DNA of 64,000 nt from contig CANPXT010000001.1 in the NCBI GenBank assembly GCA_947586835.1, positions 44,543-108,542 on the forward strand, written 5' to 3'. The DNA is from an uncultured Alphaproteobacteria bacterium. Lineage in GTDB: Bacteria > Pseudomonadota > Alphaproteobacteria > CAAHEQ01 > UBA3637. The position numbers were made by a program, and so were the translations under genes. The notes under the pieces were generated by a model, which did no database searches, was not told where the DNA came from, and saw nothing but the letters and a program-made list of their open reading frames with translations. Shown here piece after piece: positions 22,132 to 30,727 of this stretch (position 1 is the first letter of the stretch; every line of letters starts with the position of its first letter).

Positions 22132-22857
22132 ATGACGCAATCAGAAACATCAGCCGAACCGGTCACTGTCACTGTCACACCGAACGGCCCGTATCTTGTA
22201 AAAGGGAAAGTGCCGATTAAAGAAGCACTGTTAATGCCTGATGAAAACGGTGTTATTATAAAATATCAGGTGGGAGAAGATAAAAATGTCGGGAAAAAGC
22301 AGGTAACACTTTGCCGCTGTGGAAAAAGTCGCAATAAACCCTTTTGCGACGGACAACATATTCACGGCTTTCACAGTACTTGCACGGCACCGCATTTACC
22401 GATTTTATCCGGTGCCGAAACATTTACGGGACCGAATTTAACACTGCATGACAACGAAAAATATTGTGCGTTTGCACGTTTTTGTGACGGCTTCGGACGT
22501 ATTTGGAATTTAGTGCGACAAGGACAACCGATCACGGATCAACTGACCGTTCAGGAAGCACATCTGTGCCCTGCCGGTCGCTTGATTATTACGAATAATC
22601 AAACAGGGGCTGTGATTGAATCAGAAGCCAATCCTTTGATTTTGGTAATTGAAGATCCGCAATTAAAAGTATCGGGACCGTTGGGTCTGCGTGGCGATAT
22701 TACCGTGATAGATGACAACTCAAAACCTTATGAAAAACGTCGTTTGCAAGCACTTTGTCGGTGCGGGAAAAGCAAAAATACGCCTTTTTGCGACGGTTCA
22801 CATGCAGCAAACAGTCCGGCACTTCACGAATCGGAGGAATCGTTTAACAGGCAATAA
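22132..22857 (+). CDS. CDGSH iron-sulfur domain protein (two CDGSH-type zinc-finger repeats)
   Basis: Two CRCGKS(R/K)N(K/T)PFCDG(Q/S)H motifs in a 241-aa protein. Confidence 0.8.
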   Translation: MTQSETSAEPVTVTVTPNGPYLVKGKVPIKEALLMPDENGVIIKYQVGEDKNVGKKQVTLCRCGKSRNKPFCDGQHIHGFHSTCTAPHLPILSGAETFTGPNLTLHDNEKYCAFARFCDGFGRIWNLVRQGQPITDQLTVQEAHLCPAGRLIITNNQTGAVIESEANPLILVIEDPQLKVSGPLGLRGDITVIDDNSKPYEKRRLQALCRCGKSKNTPFCDGSHAANSPALHESEESFNRQ

Positions 22858-23618
22858 ACAGGGGCATGATCGGAAGGTTTTTCGCTTTTTCTGTATTCAC
22901 GATAAACACCTGATTGAATGAGATTTTTATGCCAAGCGTTCGGAATAAAAATAAAATCAAGCAAAATGCCGCAATTGCGCTGAAAAGCCAACATTTGAAA
23001 ATCCCAATAAGAATAAAGCGGTTTTTGATACGGAAATGCTTTTATTGTGTTAATAAACGGTAGATTTGTAATTTGTTGAAAAGCTTTTCGAACCGGCGGG
23101 ACCATAAGCGGACCGAAACGAAACACATCGGGATCATAAACATCTTCATCGGATTCAATCACGTTAAAATCACCACCCAAAACAACGGAAAAACCTTGAT
23201 TAAAATAACCTTCCAATGTTTGTTTTAGTCCTTTATACCAAGAAAGCTTATAAAGCAAACGACTGTTATCGGCAGGATTATTCATCGGCGGAGCACCGTT
23301 CGGTGCATAAACACAAACAAAAAGTGTTTTTTGAAAGCGAGTTGCAATAAAACGCGCTTGCGTATTTTCTTCTTCCGCACAATTCGTTTGTACCACTTCC
23401 AATGACTTTTTACTTAACACGGCAACCCCGTTAAAACCTTTCTGACCGTGAATATAAGCAAAATATCCCGCAGATTTTACGGCTTCAAACGGAAAAGTTT
23501 CTTCGGTTGCTTTAATTTCCTGCAAAAACACAATATCGGGCTGTTTCTCGGCTAACAAACGAAGCAATAAGGGCAATCGCGCCCGAATTGATGCCACATT
23601 CCAAGAAATAATTTGCAT
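22824..23618 (-). CDS. xth: exodeoxyribonuclease III
   Basis: 264 aa. ExoIII/APE1 fold motifs (SWNV, LQE, SDHAPV). The 3' end overlaps the CDGSH gene by 34 nt. Confidence 0.9.
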   Translation of the reverse strand: MQIISWNVASIRARLPLLLRLLAEKQPDIVFLQEIKATEETFPFEAVKSAGYFAYIHGQKGFNGVAVLSKKSLEVVQTNCAEEENTQARFIATRFQKTLFVCVYAPNGAPPMNNPADNSRLLYKLSWYKGLKQTLEGYFNQGFSVVLGGDFNVIESDEDVYDPDVFRFGPLMVPPVRKAFQQITNLPFINTIKAFPYQKPLYSYWDFQMLAFQRNCGILLDFIFIPNAWHKNLIQSGVYREYRKSEKPSDHAPVYCLLNDSSDS

Positions 23619-23641
23619 TTTATTTTCCTTTTTGTTATATT

Positions 23642-24292
23642 ATGAAAAGTATGAAAAAAAGCTTTTTATTTTTTTTATTATATTTTCTTTATGCGCAAAA
23701 TGCAAATGCTTTATGTGCCAAAAACAGAATAAAAATCAACATTACGGCCCCCAATCCGGTTGTTATCTATGATTCATCACATACACATGAAGAGTTTGCC
23801 CATCTGACAAAAGCGAATGTTCAGGCAAATACATTAGGATTAACCACCGCTACCATGCAAGTTGGCATGAATGGAAAAACATATGCTCAACAGGAAGGGA
23901 ATCGCGTTTGCATCGGATTAAAAACCATTAATTTTACGTTGGGTTATCAAAGTTTAAAAGTGTATATTGATAAAAAATATCCGAAAAATTCCTGCAATTA
24001 TAAAGTCATTAAAGATCATGAAGATTATCATGTTGCCGTTTTTCAACAAGCTTTAACGTTTTTCCGTCCCGATATTGAAAGAGAATTAAGAGAAGCTGTC
24101 AAAAATCTGCGGCCGGAGTACGCTTATACCGAAACGCGCGCCAATCAAATTATGCAAAAACAATTTAATCAAATACAAAAAAAAATAAAACCGCTGTTAG
24201 ATCATATCAACAGGAAAATTGCCGAAAAAAATTATGCCATCGATACGCCCGAGTCCTATCGAAAAACAACAAAATTGTGTCCGAAATGGTAA
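23642..24292 (+). CDS. secreted hypothetical protein with HExxH motif (DUF922-like putative zinc peptidase)
   Basis: Signal peptide (…AQNANA) and an HEDYH motif. Confidence 0.5.
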   Translation: MKSMKKSFLFFLLYFLYAQNANALCAKNRIKINITAPNPVVIYDSSHTHEEFAHLTKANVQANTLGLTTATMQVGMNGKTYAQQEGNRVCIGLKTINFTLGYQSLKVYIDKKYPKNSCNYKVIKDHEDYHVAVFQQALTFFRPDIERELREAVKNLRPEYAYTETRANQIMQKQFNQIQKKIKPLLDHINRKIAEKNYAIDTPESYRKTTKLCPKW

Positions 24293-24296
24293 AAAA

Positions 24297-25268
24297 TTAA
24301 AACCAGCGCATTTTCTTTAAAACAGATAATTGCAAAACGGCAATTAAAAACAAAAATAAAGCAATAATACTAAATCCGTGACTGTCTTGCCCGAAAGGAA
24401 TACCACCGATATTGGCGCCCAATAAACCGGTAATAAACGTGAGCGGTGTAAAAATAACAATCACAATCGACATAATATACATTGTTTGGTTTAAGCTCAC
24501 ATTTGTCTTGGAATCCAATTCTTCCTGAGTGACGGTGGAGTGATCACGCGCTGAATTTAAATCTTCCACAGCTTTAGATAAGTCCAGATAGATTTCTCGG
24601 AGCTGGTTTGTATTTTCTTCCGTTAACACCGGATGAGAAACACTTCTCAACACCTTGGCCACGTCTCGTTGCGGCACCAAATAGCGTCGTAATCCCACAA
24701 TTTTATGTCGCAATTGGCTTAAATTTTCCCGAATTGATTTGTTGCGAAAACTATCCGGTTCAATCACTTTTTCTTCCAATTCATCAACTTCATCACCGAT
24801 TTGCACAATGGTGTTTTCAATGTGTTCCGTCATCACTTTCAGCAACGCAATAAAACAATCGGACGGCGTTTGAGGACCCATACCTTTCCGCAAAAGAGAT
24901 CGTACACGACGAACAGCCGGAACCGGACGGTGTGAAAGGGTTAAAATTCTGTTTTTTTCAAGCCAGATATGCAACGCAACCATATCATCAATTTCGGCGG
25001 ATTTTTGCATATTTATGCCGCGCATTACCACCAAAATGCCCTTCTTTTTCGGGAAATACCGCGGAGATGTATCTTCATCAACCAAGTTTTCAATCACACG
25101 TTCATCCAAACGCATTTCTTTAAGCCATTCCTGATTTTCGGCATCTTTATAGTCGATGTGAATCCACATCGGTTTTTCGGACGTGTTGGGGATACGTTCC
25201 AAATCAAGCAGTTTAGCGCCACCTTTTCCGTCAAACGTAATGCCGAATTCCGGTGTAATCGTTGTCAT
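24297..25268 (-). CDS. CorA/ZntB-family divalent cation transporter
   Basis: 323 aa. Cytoplasmic domain plus two C-terminal TM helices with a G-A-N loop in the GMN position. Confidence 0.75.
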   Translation of the reverse strand: MTTITPEFGITFDGKGGAKLLDLERIPNTSEKPMWIHIDYKDAENQEWLKEMRLDERVIENLVDEDTSPRYFPKKKGILVVMRGINMQKSAEIDDMVALHIWLEKNRILTLSHRPVPAVRRVRSLLRKGMGPQTPSDCFIALLKVMTEHIENTIVQIGDEVDELEEKVIEPDSFRNKSIRENLSQLRHKIVGLRRYLVPQRDVAKVLRSVSHPVLTEENTNQLREIYLDLSKAVEDLNSARDHSTVTQEELDSKTNVSLNQTMYIMSIVIVIFTPLTFITGLLGANIGGIPFGQDSHGFSIIALFLFLIAVLQLSVLKKMRWF

Positions 25269-25316
25269 TTTTCATCCCCCTTTTATTTTGTTTTATAAAA
25301 ACAATGGGTTCAAGTT

Positions 25317-25898
25317 TTATTCGATGCAACAGTCAACCGCTTTACGCACAACTGATTTTAATTTGCCGAATAAAGAATCCGGTTGCGCTTCAACAACGGG
25401 CGCGGCTGTTTTTTGTTCCGGTTTAATCAAAGCGGATGCTTCTTTTTTCACGTCTTCAAGCGAATCGGGTTTCCATGAAATTTCTTTGGCATCAACAAGA
25501 TTCATATTTAAGCCCCAAAACAGGCAATATAAATCGTATGCCTGATTAAATAATTGATAAGCTTCTTCTTTATTTCCCATGGATTGCTGTTTGGTTCCCA
25601 CTTCCATCAGTCGCATGGCGGTTGCCAATAAATGCTTTGAAATGCACCACACTTCTCCCTCATAAGAAGGAATAACTTTTAACATTAAATTTTTGCGCAT
25701 TTCCCGAATATCTTGTACCATATCATAAAAAGAGTTTTTTCCCGTTTTGGCCCCGGAAAAAATTAAATGCTCTTCAATGGAAATTAAATTCATAATTCCG
25801 ATGGTTAAATCTTGATCGGAAGAAAGATCTTTCGGATTTTTCTTTTTCATATTGTCAATGCGTTCGACAAATTCTTTAACGTTTTTTGCTTTTTCCAT
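25317..25898 (-). CDS. hypothetical cytoplasmic protein
   Basis: Start moved to the ATG at 25898 (MEKAKNV), which has a GGAGGG RBS. No recognisable domain. Confidence 0.5.
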   Translation of the reverse strand: MEKAKNVKEFVERIDNMKKKNPKDLSSDQDLTIGIMNLISIEEHLIFSGAKTGKNSFYDMVQDIREMRKNLMLKVIPSYEGEVWCISKHLLATAMRLMEVGTKQQSMGNKEEAYQLFNQAYDLYCLFWGLNMNLVDAKEISWKPDSLEDVKKEASALIKPEQKTAAPVVEAQPDSLFGKLKSVVRKAVDCCIE

Positions 25899-25908
25899 TT
25901 TTCCCTCC

Positions 25909-26469
25909 TTATTCTGATAAAATGGGCAAGTTATCTGCGGCTCGTTGGGCACAATCACACAACGGATGATAATAAAATAATAAACTGATTAACGCAACCG
26001 TTAAAACGGGAACAAGTACTTTTTCAAACGGAAAATGGGCATGTCCGCCGTTTCTAGCTTTCATCCATTCATAAAAATGAATACCGCCGATAAAAGCTGC
26101 CGCACCGATTAAATTACTGAACAAAAACGAATCAATATATAAAAAACCAATAATAATCGGGTGATAATCAATGCCCCCGGGCATATCGGGAATATACATA
26201 AATCCGATAGAACCGACGGATAAGGCCATTAAAATCAAATCGCGCGCAGGGAATTGCCAATTTTTTTTGTTAAACCACCGAATAAGAAAATAACCGACAA
26301 TAGCCAAAAGCGCACCCGACCAAACACCGATGACACATTTATCCACACCGGATTTTTCCGCCAGATATAAAGAGGCACCGACCGTAACCATACACACGGG
26401 GCAAGCCGGGTTCGCCCAAGATTTTAAAGTCACTGATAACGCTGCCAAAAAAGCATAAATTTTTATCAT
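25909..26469 (-). CDS. hypothetical polytopic membrane protein with CPVC motif
   Basis: About 5 TM helices and an ACPVCMV motif. Start at 26469 (MIKIY) preferred over 26505. The gene is 11 bp upstream of the next gene, same strand. Confidence 0.45.
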   Translation of the reverse strand: MIKIYAFLAALSVTLKSWANPACPVCMVTVGASLYLAEKSGVDKCVIGVWSGALLAIVGYFLIRWFNKKNWQFPARDLILMALSVGSIGFMYIPDMPGGIDYHPIIIGFLYIDSFLFSNLIGAAAFIGGIHFYEWMKARNGGHAHFPFEKVLVPVLTVALISLLFYYHPLCDCAQRAADNLPILSE

Positions 26470-26652
26470 TTTTCCATCCGTTTTTACTTTGACATTATTT
26501 AACAAGTGTTATACCTTTTTTTGTTTAAAAAAGCAATATGAAAAAACCGTTTTCGGGAAAAAATAATAATTTTTGTTATGTGTTCCTGAAAAAAAATCAA
26601 TCGCCGTTTTATTTTACGGTTTTAAAACAGTTAATTATCTTTTTAAAAAAAG

Positions 26653-27603
26653 CTAAAAGTGCCAAGCCAAATTAAGTTTTCCCGTTTGAGACGTATGACT
26701 GACGCGCCAATTTAATCCGTATCCGACGGAAAGCTCGGCTTGTTTATAAGTTACACCGAACCGTACACCCGTTTCTAAACCCAATCGATGTAACCGCCGT
26801 CCTTCAAAAGCATAAATAAATGCGGAATCGGGAACGTCAATTACGGTTTGTCGGCTGTTTGATTTTAAATCATATTGTCCCGATAACCAAAATAACGGTG
26901 TTAACGAAAGATTTTCGGTCGGTTGATACAAACGTTTATAGGAAGTTCCGATTATGGCGGTAATCACTTCTCCGTTTTGAAGCGGCGCACCGAAGGCAAC
27001 GTTATTTTTATCTTTTCCGTGCAAATATGTATATTTTAAACCCGAATAATTATGAACATTACCCATTTCATACCCGGAAAAAAGAGCTCCGCGATAAATA
27101 TCGGCATCGGACTGATTAATATCAGGATTTTTGTCTTTATATTGGCTGTGATTATAGGTCAAATCAGCCGAAACATACCATTTTTCAGGTTGATATTTAC
27201 CGAAAATAAAATAAGTATCGCCGTCAATGCGATTTTTAGCGCCGTCTTTTTTTAAATCGGTTGTTGAATAGCCGTATCCGATTCCGGCAGAAAATGAATC
27301 ACTCATTTGCGCCGTTATATCGGCACCCGTTCCTTTTAAATAAGATTTAAAGCCTTCACGCTGCGTGTTTCGAGTCATATTATAATCACCGAAAACATGC
27401 AAATGAATGTTTTTTGAAAACGAATCGTTTTTTAAAGAAGTGTTTTTAGTTTTTAATTGAAAAATATGAATATTTTCAGCTCCATGAGCCAATGTCGAAA
27501 ACAAAGAAACTTCAAAAAACAAACCGATTGACAAAGAAGCCGTCAGAAAAAGAGGTAATGATAAATATTTACATTTTTCATTGATTTTTATCATAATTTT
27601 CAC
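26653..27603 (-). CDS. outer-membrane beta-barrel protein (porin/autotransporter-beta like)
   Basis: Signal peptide, alternating amphipathic beta-strands, and a C-terminal aromatic residue (…LNLAWHF). Confidence 0.5.
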   Translation of the reverse strand: MKIMIKINEKCKYLSLPLFLTASLSIGLFFEVSLFSTLAHGAENIHIFQLKTKNTSLKNDSFSKNIHLHVFGDYNMTRNTQREGFKSYLKGTGADITAQMSDSFSAGIGYGYSTTDLKKDGAKNRIDGDTYFIFGKYQPEKWYVSADLTYNHSQYKDKNPDINQSDADIYRGALFSGYEMGNVHNYSGLKYTYLHGKDKNNVAFGAPLQNGEVITAIIGTSYKRLYQPTENLSLTPLFWLSGQYDLKSNSRQTVIDVPDSAFIYAFEGRRLHRLGLETGVRFGVTYKQAELSVGYGLNWRVSHTSQTGKLNLAWHF

Positions 27604-27855
27604 TCTCCCAATAAAGAATTATAAATTAATATTTAAAAAATAACCGTTGTAATTACTTTATTATTTATTCTAAAAGATGTCAAGAGATGTAACTTAAATG
27701 ATATAAACAAAATAAAAATTTAAATTATAATTCTATAAAATGCCAAAATAAACAAAAATATTGAATTATGAATTCATTGAAAAAAGAATAATAAAAATTA
27801 TAATTATAATAAAGCATGTATAATTTTAAAATAAATTTAATGTAAGGGAAAAATT

Positions 27856-28200
27856 ATGAATGATGAATTACGTGTTATTATCTCGGCAAATATTAAAAAA
27901 TACCGTAAAAAAATGAAAATAACACAGTCTCAACTTGCGGAACAAATCGGTAAAACAGTTGAAATGGTTTGTCAATTGGAAAATAATATTGCCAGTACAA
28001 AATTATCCACCTTGGAAACCATTGCTCATGTTTTCGGTATTGAACCGTATCAATTATTATTACCGCATGAATATCCTGATTTTGAAACTCTGCCTCCGGA
28101 ATTAACGGATTTAATGTTAGAAATTCAAGAGCAACCCAAAGAGTTTTTAGAAGCTTTAACACAGCTGCTGAAATATTGCAACAATAATCACAACATATAA
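27856..28200 (+). CDS. XRE-family HTH transcriptional regulator
   Basis: HTH_XRE motif (ITQSQLAEQIGKTVEMVCQLENN…). Sits at the head of the ABC-2 cluster. Confidence 0.75.
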   Translation: MNDELRVIISANIKKYRKKMKITQSQLAEQIGKTVEMVCQLENNIASTKLSTLETIAHVFGIEPYQLLLPHEYPDFETLPPELTDLMLEIQEQPKEFLEALTQLLKYCNNNHNI

Positions 28201-28267
28201 TATTAATTGACAAGGCATACATTTTAAATTATACTCGCTCATATTAATATAAAACGGGAGATTAAAG

Positions 28268-29161
28268 TTGCCTGAAACAGTTATCATTGCCGATCATTTA
28301 ACTAAAATTTTTAAATATAAAAAAGGGGTTTTAGGAAAAATTATCGAAAATACTGCAGTGTCCGCGCTTTCATTTGAAGTTAAAGCGGGTGAAATCATTG
28401 CTTTTATCGGTCCGAACGGGGGCGGAAAATCAACAACCATTAAAATGTTAACATCTATTTTGTATCCCTCGTCGGGTCATGCCTCCGTTTTAGGTCTGAC
28501 ACCTTGGAAAAATCGAGAAAAGTTGGTGCGACAAATCGGCGTGGTCTTCGGGCAAAAATCACAGTTGTATTATCATCTTTCGCCAACAGACAGTTATACG
28601 TTATCGGCAGCTGCTTATAATCTTTCATCTCGTGAAGCCAAGGCACGTGTTCATGAACTGGCAAAGCAGTTTGAAATTGAAGATTGTTTGAATTTACCGG
28701 TTAAAAATTTATCATTGGGGCAACGCATGCGTTGTGAATTGATTGCATCACTGTTACATCGACCGTCCGTGTTGTTTTTAGACGAACCGACATTAGGTCT
28801 GGATATTGAAGCAAAATATTTATTTCGTTCTTTTTTGTTAAAACAGGCTCAAAAAGAAGGGACAACCGTTTTTTTAACTTCTCATGACGTGGGAGATATT
28901 GAATCGCTGTGTCACCGCATTTTGCTGATCAATCACGGAAAATTATTACTGGATTCCGATATTCAAAATCTAAAAGAAAAATACGGCGCCGGTCAGGTTT
29001 TGTGTGTGGAACGTCCCTCCGGAAAAATTGAAGAAATATCACTGCAAACCACAACGAAATTATCCCAATTAAAAAAGTTTTTTTCGTCTCAACCGTTTTC
29101 TAATGTTTTTGTGCGTTCAACAGATTTAGAAACCATTATTGCTTCTATTTACAGAAAATGA
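28268..29161 (+). CDS. ABC transporter ATP-binding protein (ABC-2 exporter type, C-terminal DUF4162-like extension)
   Basis: TTG start with GGGAG RBS. Walker A GPNGGGKST, signature LSLGQRMR, Walker B LFLDEPT. Confidence 0.9.
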   Translation: MPETVIIADHLTKIFKYKKGVLGKIIENTAVSALSFEVKAGEIIAFIGPNGGGKSTTIKMLTSILYPSSGHASVLGLTPWKNREKLVRQIGVVFGQKSQLYYHLSPTDSYTLSAAAYNLSSREAKARVHELAKQFEIEDCLNLPVKNLSLGQRMRCELIASLLHRPSVLFLDEPTLGLDIEAKYLFRSFLLKQAQKEGTTVFLTSHDVGDIESLCHRILLINHGKLLLDSDIQNLKEKYGAGQVLCVERPSGKIEEISLQTTTKLSQLKKFFSSQPFSNVFVRSTDLETIIASIYRK

Positions 29162-29949
29162 AACCATATCTCCTTGCCGTTTTAATGAATATGAGAGACC
29201 AGCTTCAGCGATCGCGCGAATGGGGCATATTTTTAATTCGAATTATTTTTTTATGCTTTATGATTTTAATTTTTCATAAATTTTGGCTTGTGTTGAAAGC
29301 GGGCGAAACACACATGGTAATTGATCCCGTTTCTTTTTTAAGCTATTTAACCGTCGGTGCCGGTTTGCAATTTTCGCGGCCGGAAGGCAGAGTCAAAGAA
29401 ATTGAAGAAGAAGTGCGAACGGGAAACATTGCTTATCGGTTTATTCGACCGATACATTTTGTTTTATTGAATTTTTGCGAATGTTTAGGTGTTTATTTTG
29501 CTCGATTACCAATCTTGTTTTGTGTCGGCACGGGAATGATTTATCTTTTAACCGGTTCATTTCCGCCGATTAATCCGCTTTATTTGCCGATTGTTCTCGG
29601 ATTGCTTATATTAAGCGCTTGTTTTGCTTCGCTTTGCATGGTGTTTATCGGATTATCGGCTTTATATTTTTATGATCCGTTACCGTTTTTCTGGATTGTA
29701 CAAAAATGTGAATACGTTTTGGGCGGGTTGTTTTTTCCGATTATTTTTTATCCCGAATGGTTTCAAAAAATTTGTTTAATGACGCCTTTCGGATGGACAG
29801 GATACGGTGTTTCTTCTCTGATTTATGATTTTTCTTTTGATAATGCTTTAACGGTATTTCTTCATTTAATTGCTTGGAATGCCCTTTTGTTGGGCGCGTT
29901 ACTTGCTTTATATAAAACGGTTCAAAAAAAGGTGTGTGTTTATGGATAA
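29158..29949 (+). CDS. ABC-2 family transporter permease
   Basis: 263 aa, 6 TM. Start overlaps the ATPase stop. Confidence 0.75.
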   Translation: MKPYLLAVLMNMRDQLQRSREWGIFLIRIIFLCFMILIFHKFWLVLKAGETHMVIDPVSFLSYLTVGAGLQFSRPEGRVKEIEEEVRTGNIAYRFIRPIHFVLLNFCECLGVYFARLPILFCVGTGMIYLLTGSFPPINPLYLPIVLGLLILSACFASLCMVFIGLSALYFYDPLPFFWIVQKCEYVLGGLFFPIIFYPEWFQKICLMTPFGWTGYGVSSLIYDFSFDNALTVFLHLIAWNALLLGALLALYKTVQKKVCVYG

Positions 29950-30727
29950 ATTGATTTACTATCAACAGCTTATAAAAACCGGTTATAAACAAGCGTTTGC
30001 TTTGAAAAAAGTGTTTATCCTGCGTGTGTTGTTTATGATTTTAAATAATCTCATGTTATTATATGCTTGGCATTTAATGTTTTTAAATTTTTCGACCATT
30101 CATTCATGGACATTCAACGATTTTATGTTTATGACGGGACTGGTTGTTCTTACGTTTTCGATTTGGCCTATTTTCTTTCGCGGTATCGGCATTCATTTAA
30201 TGCGTTTAATTGAAAACGGCGAGTTGGATTCTTTTTTGGTGATTCCGCGACATGTTTTGTTCAGCGTGGGATGTTCTGTTTGTGATCCGTCCGGAATCGG
30301 CGATTTTATTACGGGCATCTTGTTGATTTTCTTTTCCGGTTTGGTTTCACTCTCAAACTTACCGATGGTATTTTGTTTTATCTTTTCGGGAATTTGCGTC
30401 TTTTTGACCATTAACATTTTGATCAGTACCTTACCGTTTTTCATTAAAAATTCTTCGGATATAGGCGAACGCCTTTTTTATATGTTTTTCAATATTGCCG
30501 GCTATCCCGGAAGTATTTACAGCGGATATTTAAAACTGATTTTCTGTACCCTTTTACCTGTCGGATTCATTTCCATTCTGCCGGTTGAATTGATGCATAA
30601 TTTTTCAGGTACGGTATTCATGTTTTTAATTGTGGCAAGTATTTGCTTCTTAAGTTTAAGTATTTTTATTTTTTCGTACGGATTAAAAAAATATGAAAGC
30701 GGCAACAGGTTTAATATTCACCATTAA
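29942..30727 (+). CDS. ABC-2 family transporter permease (second subunit)
   Basis: Start moved to the ATG at 29942 (MDKLIYY), which overlaps the upstream stop. 6 TM. LnrLMN-like ATPase+2 permease layout. Confidence 0.75.
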   Translation: MDKLIYYQQLIKTGYKQAFALKKVFILRVLFMILNNLMLLYAWHLMFLNFSTIHSWTFNDFMFMTGLVVLTFSIWPIFFRGIGIHLMRLIENGELDSFLVIPRHVLFSVGCSVCDPSGIGDFITGILLIFFSGLVSLSNLPMVFCFIFSGICVFLTINILISTLPFFIKNSSDIGERLFYMFFNIAGYPGSIYSGYLKLIFCTLLPVGFISILPVELMHNFSGTVFMFLIVASICFLSLSIFIFSYGLKKYESGNRFNIHH

